Assembly (NCBI GenBank): GCA_951406725.2
Contig: OX597839.1
Coordinates: 19,654,001 to 19,718,000, forward strand
Direction: 5' to 3'
From: Octopus vulgaris
Taxonomy: Eukaryota
Length of the DNA: 64,000 bases
The notes beneath the pieces are model-generated. The model saw only the letters and a list, made by a program, of their open reading frames with translations, was not told where the DNA came from and did no database searches. The position numbers and the translations under genes are program-made. Shown one piece after another: positions 54,724 to 64,000 of the stretch. Positions within the stretch are counted from its first letter, which is position 1, and every line of letters begins with the position of its first letter.

Positions 54724-55176
54724 ATGCGCTGGCTCGGACACGTCTGCCGCATGCAGGACGGTCGCATGCCTAAAGACATCCTGTACAGCGAACTCACCAT
54801 GGGATCCCGACCCAAGGGATGTCCACAGCTACGATACAGGGATGTGTGCAAGTGCGACCTGAGGACTGCCAACATATGTGTGGACACGTGGGAGGTAACA
54901 GCTGCTGACCGCTCTGCCTGGCGTCGGACAGTGAGGAAAGGCGTTTCCATGGCTGAGGAAAGGAGAGCACAGCTGTGGTCGGACAGGCGGGACAGGAGGA
55001 GGACAACTGCAGCAACACCCCACACGTACCCATCGATGTTCGTGTGCAGCAACTGTACCAGGGACTGCCACTCTAGAATTGGACTGTTCAGTCACAGCAG
55101 ACGCTGCTCATCATCAAAGTAGGCCCCACCCTTGGCGCGACCCATTGTCTATCAAGACAGACGGTAGAAGAGAAGA
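54724..55176 (+). mobile_element. 5'-truncated RTE-clade LINE with C-terminal zinc finger
   Basis: Stop-free RWLGHVCRMQDGRMPKDILYSEL..GSRPKGCPQLRYRD...DRSAWR...CSNCTRDCHSRIGLFSHSRRC (stop 55120-55122). Short 3' UTR with hairpin TGTCT atca AGACA and a GAAGA-repeat tail into (TA)n. Confidence 0.92.
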
Positions 55177-55204
55177 TATATATATATATATATATATATA
55201 TGAG

Positions 55205-55545
55205 GAGGAGAAGATCCCCTTTGAATCATGACTGACCATGGGATTGCACCTAGAAAGTTACCCTCCGAGGCACAAGTCCGGGCGAGGTTGTTTTTTTATG
55301 GAAGACCAATAGTCGCCCATATATACCAGCCTCCACTCTCCACTCCACCGATGTTATCCAAGAGAAAGGCGAAGGAGCCGATACAGCTTGGCACCAGTGA
55401 CGTCGCAACTCATTTCTACAGCTGAGTGAACTGGAGCAACGTGAAATAAAGTGTCTTGCTCAAGAACACAACACGCAGCCAAGTCCGTGAATCGAACTGA
55501 GAATCTCTCGATCGTAAGCTCGACGCTCTAACCACTGAGCCATCT
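55205..55545 (-). mobile_element. SINE family E, same tail as 23-358
   Basis: Reverse complement of 23-358. Confidence 0.85.
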
Positions 55546-56258
55546 GACTTCACAAACACACACACACACATACACACACACATAAATGTGTGTGTGTGTG
55601 TGTGTTTGTATATGCGGAACGCAGTGCAAAGAACCTTTTCAAAAAAATAAAATGGGGTCTGCTCTAGGAGTTTGTATGGTAAAGTCTTCACCTGTTCAGC
55701 AATCCTGTCTGGGTTAGTTTAACCGAATAAGAGACTTCCAGAACATTCTTTCCTTACACTTTATACTTCTATATATTTTTTAACCTTTTTTTTTTTTGTG
55801 GGGGCTTCTTTTCTTTCTTCCTTCATCCTCTATCCATCTGTATGAGCTTGCGTATTTCCTTCTTTTCGTGTATCGTTTCTCTATTCTGAGGCCTTGTGGG
55901 TGGGTGTTTGGGGGTTGCTACGTTTTTTTTTTCTTTCATCATCTTGTTACGCTATCAAACCATCTGTCTGTCTATCAATGTATATATCTATTTACCCATG
56001 CACTCACAGATATCTGTCTATCTAAATAGATGTAGATAGGTAGATAGATAGGTAGGTAAGTAGGTAGATAGGTAGGTAGGTAGATAGGTAGGGAGATAGA
56101 TAGGTAGGGAGATAGATGGATAGGGAGATAGATGGATAGGTAGGTAGATAGATAAGCATGTAGATAGATAGGTAGGTAGAGAGAGACAGACAAACAGACA
56201 AATTTAAAGATAAAAAAATTGATTATATGTTTGATAGATAGATAGATAGATAGATAGG

Positions 56259-56322
<64 letters not shown>

Positions 56323-56329
56323 GAGATAG

Positions 56330-56366
<37 letters not shown>

Positions 56367-56880
56367 AGGTAGACAGACAGACAGATAGATACATAGATAG
56401 ATAGATAACTTTTTATTGTGGCCACACAGGGCTAAACACAGAATAAAAATGGACGAAATACAACGTAGAGTTTTTTTCTTTTCGAGGTGGGATGGGTGGG
56501 ACACAAAGAAAAAGAAACGTTCGATCAATAGGGATCTGTGGGTTGTGTGGTGTATAAAAATATAATATATATATATATATAAATAAAGTTCACAGTTTAG
56601 GTGTAGCCCTGGAAAGAAAAACCTACAAAAAAGACCAAGGTCACCTCAGACAGTTCGAAAATGAATACATGATAAGTCGCCTTACCTCTCGTTGTCTCTT
56701 TTCGTCACAGACTTATGCTTAAAATAGTGGTCTTTCATACTGACTATTTTTGCCACTTTTACCCATTTTTTATTAAAACATTCGTTCGACAAAGCCTTCT
56801 TCTCTATTCTCATCCTCCTTTTCAAGTGGTACTTGAAAAAGTTGACGAGAGACTGACCAGAGAGGAAGGTGTTTGTTTGC

Positions 56881-56954
<74 letters not shown>

Positions 56955-56964
56955 GTAGACAGAC

Positions 56965-57009
<45 letters not shown>

Positions 57010-57059
57010 TATAGATAGATAGACAGATAGCGAGAAGGTAGACAGACAGACAGACAGGC

Positions 57060-57123
<64 letters not shown>

Positions 57124-57304
57124 GGGTGGGGATGAATGTCATTATATTTATGTGTGAGATAGACAGAAAGTAATATGCGTTAATGTATCTGTCTGTCTGT
57201 TTGTCCCTATAAACACATACATTCTGTACATGTCCTCCATTCGGTTTCTAATTATGTCTAGGGTAATACTTAATTGTTTCTAGCTTTCAGGTTTTGTGGC
57301 GTCC

Positions 57305-57370
<66 letters not shown>

Positions 57371-57799
57371 TTATCGCGTTTCTATGCATATACGTACTCA
57401 TATATACATTTTTCATACATTTCTATATATATATAACTGCATACACACGTGTGTATATATATGTATGTGTGTGTATATATGTTTGTTTATATACCTGTTT
57501 TTCTACGTAAACACGCACAAAATTCGCTTATACAATCAACATAATGATCTACATTTAAAACAAAGAATTTAAAACAAGCTTAAAACGCTACTAGAGATAC
57601 AGAATTATTATTTGTTTTATTTGAAGCATTAAATTTGTGGTTCGCCCCAAATGTTTGCCTTTAGGCATCTTTCTTTACAGCTGTTTCGTGGTTACATAAG
57701 AAATAATGAAGCACCATTTACAGCATACAGGATCTGGCGATAACGAGTTAGTTCTCTAAGCTTAGTTTCCTTCTCATTACGTAAATTCTCTTTGGTCAT

Positions 57800-58330
57800 A
57801 ATGATATCTGTCTCGGGTCATATGATATTGGCCTCTTTAAAGTTGTTTATGAATGTCTACACCATATTGTTTTCGGCATTCTTCGCTTTCCTCCCTTCTG
57901 CTAGTGTCCATTTGAAAGCTATTTCAGAATAGTCCTGTTCTGCTGGCCGAAGTATGCGACCTGCTAGTTTTTGTCTTCGTTCTGTGAAGATTTCCCGAAG
58001 TGGTCTTGTTTTGGTTCTCTTTGGAATGTCTTCAGTGCCTGTACATTCTTGGAATCCTTTTTCAAGCCACTCTCATATCGGTCATGAATGCTCTGTGCCG
58101 TGTAACTTTCTGTCTTTCTCCCTTTATTTTCCCCTCAAGTGCTGTCTATTTGGACGTTGTTTTAGTGTAACATTGTTTTGATAACTGAAGAATATGACCT
58201 TCTGGTTTTAACCATCGTTCTGTGATGATTTCGCTAAGAGGTCTTATGTTGGACCTATTTAGACAGCCTTTATTGCTTATCTGGTTTTCTCAATACGTTC
58301 TCAGTATCTTTGTGAATGATGTGGTGTCAA
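57800..58330 (-). pseudogene. Two tandem, old RTE-LINE ORF fragments
   Basis: Minus-strand reading gives KILRTY*ENQISNKGCLNRSNIRPLSEIITERWLKPEGHILQL (from 58310) and EDIPKRTKTRPLREIFTERRQKLAGRILRP...FKWT (from 58033). Both match the RTE post-RT region. Confidence 0.7.
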
Positions 58331-58415
58331 CTGTAAAGCTGTTTTAACATGGTTTGGTTCCGGTAGCCAGAGTGTCTGAGCTGATACTTTTAATCTTCAT
58401 TCTGTGAAATCATTC

Positions 58416-58540
58416 TGTGAAATCCATTCACAAGATTCTGGTCTATAGTAGAAGACATTTGCCAAAGGTGGCACGCAGTGAGACTGAACCCAGAACCATA
58501 TTGTTGGGAAGCAAGCTTCTTACCACACAGCCATTCCTGC
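58416..58540 (-). mobile_element. SINE family A head fragment
   Basis: TAGTAGAAGACATTTGCC...CTTACCACACAGCC. Confidence 0.75.
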
Positions 58541-58541
58541 A

Positions 58542-58619
<78 letters not shown>

Positions 58620-58621
<2 letters not shown>

Positions 58622-58885
58622 CGTTTTCGGATTTGGTTTGCAAGATTCTTTATGTGAGTTTGTGTTGAGGCATATTCTATTGTTTCTGGGGAGAGTCATT
58701 TTCTTTTTGTGCCTTATAATATAGCACACTCACCGGTAAAATTTCCACTTATTCCTTATTTTTATTTTTTCTTATTTTATTTTAAATTTTTATTTTTGAA
58801 TAAGAAATAAGTGGAAATTTTACCGGTGTGTGTGTTAAATTATAAGGCACAAAAAGAAACTGACTCACCCCAGACATAACAGTAT
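58620..58885. mobile_element. Imperfect inverted-repeat element, same family as the 7145-8030 arms
   Basis: CACCGGTAAAATTTCCACTTATT...AATAAGTGGAAATTTTACCGGTG and TTGCAAGATTCTTTATGTGA shared with about 7165. Confidence 0.8.
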
Positions 58886-59439
58886 ACATATATATATATA
58901 CATTATAGCTGTATACTATGTGCGCGTGTGTTCGAGTGTTGCTTTCTGTGCGTGTTACTCAGCTGCTTCTCGTTTTCCTTTCTCTCACTACTTCCCCCTT
59001 ACTCACTCCCCCTCTTCTCTGCGCATGTGCACACCAATCCCTAAATTAATGACATAAGCAAAACAAATTAAACTAAGCATCATGAACAACTTGACCCGAA
59101 TCTTAATCACTGAAACATGTCTGCGGCGCATGGAATAACTATCGCTAATTTTGAATGAGGAACCATTGTCTTCGGAAAAGTTCCGCGTCCAACTAAACTA
59201 GATTTTATCCATATTAAATCTTCTGAGTCATGCTAAGCTTCATTGCACAACATATTTAATTTAGTCGTTACTGTTGCCTTGACCCAGGTCAACCCCGAAT
59301 TAGAAGCCCTAAAATCAATGACATTTCACTTGTGACTAATCTGTCTGGATTTTGTTTCGATGTTGTTTACAGACTTGACTTATTGCTTGTCTGAAGTTTG
59401 AAGGAGTGTGGCCGATTGGCTTGTGTATTTTACTCACGA

Positions 59440-60315
59440 TCGCGTTGTGTTCTTGGTCGAGACGTTGAAGTTGACGTTGGGAGGTTGAGTAAGACGGTGA
59501 CGTTCACTTTGTGTATTTGAGCAAAACGTTGACGTTGTGAGCTTGGGTAAGGAGGGAGTTGAAGGTGAGGTTGTGAGCTTGAGTAGGACGTTGATGTTGA
59601 CGTTGTGAGCTTGGGCAAGACGTTGATATTGACGTTGTGCGCTTGGGCAAGATGTCGACGTGACGTTGTATGCTTGGGAAAGACGTTGACATTGTGTGCT
59701 TGGGCAAGCCGTTGACGTTGTGCGGTTGGGCAAGCCGTTGACGTTGTGCGGTTGGGCAAGCCGTTGACGTTGTGCGGTTGCGCAAGCTGTTGACGTTGTG
59801 CGGTTGGGCAAGCCATTGACGTTTTGTGGTTGCGCAAGGCGTTGACGTTGTGAGGTTGCGCAAGCTGTTGACGTTGTGCGGTTGGGCAAGCCGTTGACGT
59901 TGTGCGGTTGGGCAAGCCGTTGACGTTGTGTGGTTGCGCAAGCCGTTGACGTTGTGAGGTTGCGCAAGCTGTTGACGTTGTGAGGTTGCGCAAGCTGTTG
60001 ACGTTGTGTGGTTGGGCAAGCCGTTGATGTTTTGTGGTTGCGCAAGCTGTCGACGTTGTGTGGTTGGGCAAGCCGTTGACGTTTTGTTGTTGCGCAAGCC
60101 GTTGATGTTGTGTGGTTGGGCAAGCCGTTGACGTTGTGCGGTTGGGCAAGCCGTTGACGTCGTGTGGTTGGGCAAAACGTTGACGTTTTGTGGTTGCGCA
60201 AGCCGTTGACGTTGTGTGGTTGCGCAAGCTGTTGACGTTGTGTGGTTGGGCAAAACGTTGACGTTGTGCGGTTGCGCAAGCCGTTGACGTTGTGTGGTTG
60301 GGCGAGCCGTTGACA
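59440..60315 (+). repeat. 26-bp minisatellite inside a family E SINE
   Basis: Unit GTTGACGTTGTGCGGTTGGGCAAGCC, about 24 regular copies from about 59690, degenerate toward 59440. SINE head at 59399-59440 and SINE tail at 60316-60446. Confidence 0.9.
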
Positions 60316-60768
60316 TTACTCCAGTCCGCTCGGCTATAAATGGGTAGCCCTGCGAGGGACTTGTGTCCAGTTCAGAGGGATCGTTGAGTTCTCGGGGACT
60401 TATTCGCTATGAAAATCAGGCAAGCGTTCCTATGAGTCCTAGGCCTTATAACTTCGTGTATGTGTGTGTATATGCCTGCATGCATATGCGTGCGTGTAAA
60501 TGTGTATGCGTGTAGGTATGTATGTACGTGTGTATGTCTGCGTATATTTTCATGTGTGAATGCATGTATATGTATATGTGTGCATGTGTGTATGCGTGTG
60601 TATGTATACCTGTGTGTATGCGTCTATATGTGTGTGTTTTTGTGTTTCTCAACTGGTTAACCATTTAAACAGCTAACTAATCAATTGTCTAATTAAACGT
60701 TCGGTAAAGCAATCAATTAGGTTATGTTTTTCAAAGTCCTTTTGTCGCCATTCCTGACTTCAATGGCA

Positions 60769-60865
<97 letters not shown>

Positions 60866-61289
60866 TCTCTCTACTCCAGGTCTAATTCAGATGTGCATAT
60901 CTGTCTGTCTGTCTCTCAGTTTCCAAGTTTTATATCGGTATTTCTATATGGATGCGATTTGAAAGGGAGGGGAAGAGAAAAGGAGAAATGGAGAGTGTGT
61001 GCGCGTGTATGTAATAGTAGGGTGGGGACAGCGGGCAAGTCGTTGATGGGATACCGAATGGCAACGAAAGTACTTTGACAAACTTAACTGATTGACTGAT
61101 TGACCTAGTGATCAATCAAACATTCGATTAGGTATGTGGTTAATAGTAAAACCAATTGGCAAATAAAAAATGAAGTGAAATATAACCAGTGCATGTGTTT
61201 GCCGTATCTTGGGAGGGTCATTAGGCCAATAATGACCCCTCCCCAACATACAACAAACCAAATTCGAAAATGATATACATACACATCAG

Positions 61290-61449
61290 CAGCCGAGGCT
61301 CGGTGGTAGGAAGCTTGCTTCCCAACTACATGGTTTCGTGTTCAGTCCCACTGTGTGGCACCTTGGGCAACTAGCTTCCTTGAGATGACCAAAACCTTGT
61401 GCGTGGATTTGGTAGACGGAAACTGAAAGAAGCCCGTCGTGTATATAAA

Positions 61450-61492
<43 letters not shown>

Positions 61493-61705
61493 GTGTGTGT
61501 GTGTTTGTTTGTCCTACTATTGGCAACCGGTATTGGTTTGTTTGTGTCTCCGTAATTTAGCTGTTCGGCCGAAAGGACGATAGAATAAGTACTAGGCTTA
61601 AAACAAGTAAAAGCACTGCATCGATTCATTCTACTGAAAATTCAAGGCGGTGCTCCAGAATGGCCGCACTCTAATGCCTGAAACAAGTAAAGAATAGGAT
61701 AAAAA
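61290..61705 (+). mobile_element. SINE family A, diverged full length
   Basis: GTTCAGTCCCACTGTGTGGCACCTTGGGCAA...GGCGGTGCTCCAG...CTGAAACAAGTAAAGA. Confidence 0.85.
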
Positions 61706-62466
61706 GCGATAGCTACATACGTATATACGTACGTACATAAAATATATACATACATATATACTTACCTACGTACGTACGTACCTACCTACCTACCTACCTA
61801 CCTACATAGAACAAAGCATGATCCATCACCTTTCGTAGCCCACCACCACCACTACCACCAAAACCACCACAAATGACATTCCCACTGCCATTACGTAACT
61901 ACACCCATACATACATGTGTATGTACGTAGGTGCGTGCGTGCTTACCTACCTACCTATGTATGTATGTATGCATGTGCGTATGTATGTCATTAAATTTTA
62001 TTTCAAGATTTCTAGCCAATAGGTACCGACCTACCTACCTACCTACCTTCCTACTTACCTACCTACCTACCTTGCCAATGGGTACCGACTTACCTACCTA
62101 CCTTCCTACTTACCTACCTACCTACCTACCTACCTACCTACCTACCTTCCTACTTACCTACCTACCTACCTACCTTCCTACTTACCTACCTACCTACATT
62201 GCCAATGGGTACCGACTTACCTACCTACATATATGGAAAAATACCCTGTTGCTGATGTAGGAATTCCAATGAAGGAGACTTGGATCTAGGTTAGAAACCA
62301 ACGCTTTCTCTATCGGCAAGAAATCTTCAAATAGAACTGAATAATGACATAATGACACACATACATACATACATACATACATACATACATACATACATAC
62401 ATACATACATTATACATACATACATGCATACTATACATACATACACACACACATACATACATACAT

Positions 62467-62499
<33 letters not shown>

Positions 62500-62909
62500 T
62501 ACATACATACATACATACATACATACACACATACACACACACACATACATACATACATACATACATACATACATTACATTACATACAAGTATGGAACACT
62601 AATGGGTTACAATACAAGGTATGTCATCGTGAAACGCATCTGCACGATCGTATGATTGTATGATTACAGGTGTTACATTTTAAATGAGACATATATATTG
62701 TTGGAAAGTTCAGGAAAATTTTAATTGCAGAGTAAATATACGTGAAAAGAAAGACTGGAAAATTTGGTCTAAGAGTATAAAATATATATTCAAAATATAC
62801 AAAATTTTCAGCAATCTTTGTTTTAATACACACACACATACATACTTGCATGCATAAGTACGTACGTACATACATTTATGCATACATACGTACGTACATA
62901 TGTACATAC

Positions 62910-62942
<33 letters not shown>

Positions 62943-62983
62943 TATATCTGGTTATATATTCATGTATAAATATACATATAACC

Positions 62984-63033
<50 letters not shown>

Positions 63034-63203
63034 GTATATATATATATTTATGTATATAATATATAGGTGTATATACATACCCATATGTATTTATATATGT
63101 ATATAAAATATATATGTGTATATATATATATACCCATATATATGTATACAATATATATATATATATAAATATATATATATGCATATAATGTACATATATA
63201 CGA

Positions 63204-63234
<31 letters not shown>

Positions 63235-63539
63235 CCCATATATATATGTATATATACCCATATATATATAAACCACTGCTGTAGACGAATGGTGTAAATG
63301 CACAAAGTCAGTTCACAGCGCTCGCTAACCAGACTCCTGGATGCATTCGTTTCGGAGCGGTTATCTCTTCTTCAGTAGCAGAGACCGGAAAAATCTCTAT
63401 TCTGTTTTGTATTTATTATTCGATATAATATTCTCGCAAAGTTCAATGAACACATGCATTATTACGGACGACTTATATGCATACATACATGTGTATACAC
63501 ACACACACACTGACCCACACACAAAAAAAAACGAACACA

Positions 63540-63690
63540 GCTCGGATAACGAAATTATATAGAAAAATAAATAAGTGAATGAGTGGCAACTTTACCGGTG
63601 AGTGTGTTAAAAAATAAGGCACTAAAAGAGAATGACCCTCCCCACACAGAACAAAACACATATAACATTATTTACAATATATACTTGTGA
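63540..63690 (-). repeat. Single arm of the 58620/7145 repeat family
   Basis: TTTACCGGTGAGTGTGTTAAAAAATAAGGCACTAAAAGAGAATGAC. Confidence 0.75.
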
Positions 63691-63811
63691 TGAACCACAA
63701 CCTGGGACCCTAAGAAAGTACTACCTGGAGTTCTTCACTAAGCTAAATAATATTATTAGTCTGGTGTGCCAACAGAGAGAGCTCCTGGCGTATTTTGTTG
63801 TTTTAACACAT

Positions 63812-63844
<33 letters not shown>

Positions 63845-64000
63845 CATATATATATACTTATTTAGAAGTATTTAGGTATATATATATATATTATTATTTG
63901 TAAATCTCTCAAAGCGAGAAATTCAGTAACAGTTCTTTAAAATAAAGGCTATTTGCCAACATAATATGCCTGTCCTGAAGGGGACGATGTTACTGCCGTC

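Noticed and set aside
59430-60316. Three long overlapping minus-strand ORFs (265-281 aa)
   Set aside because: They arise from a stop-free 26-bp tandem unit that cycles through all frames. No coding evidence.

Overview
Eukaryotic, AT-rich, apparently gene-free (intergenic or intronic) window dominated by microsatellites ((TA)n, (CA)n, (GATA)n, (TATG)n, (AAT)n) and mobile elements. The repeat landscape strongly suggests an octopus genome (inference). Almost all ORFs in the supplied track are microsatellite or SINE artefacts and no host exon could be supported. The recognisable content is: at least four tRNA-derived SINE families (many copies, several with target-site duplications); two decayed irritans-like mariners in inverted orientation; one internally deleted mariner of another subfamily; a short non-autonomous Helitron; several 3' fragments of RTE-clade LINEs, one sharing its tail with a local SINE family; a tRNA-Lys pseudogene; and minisatellites. 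The most interesting signal is a set of short non-coding elements, mostly next to (TA)n tracts, that carry minimal type I hammerhead-ribozyme motifs. Several of them form long inverted repeats or palindromes, which matches Penelope-like (PLE) pLTR or retrozyme-like relics. The best example is a canonical hammerhead at 49901-49945 inside a 132-bp-arm inverted repeat. All calls were made by eye and element boundaries are approximate unless TIRs or TSDs are quoted.
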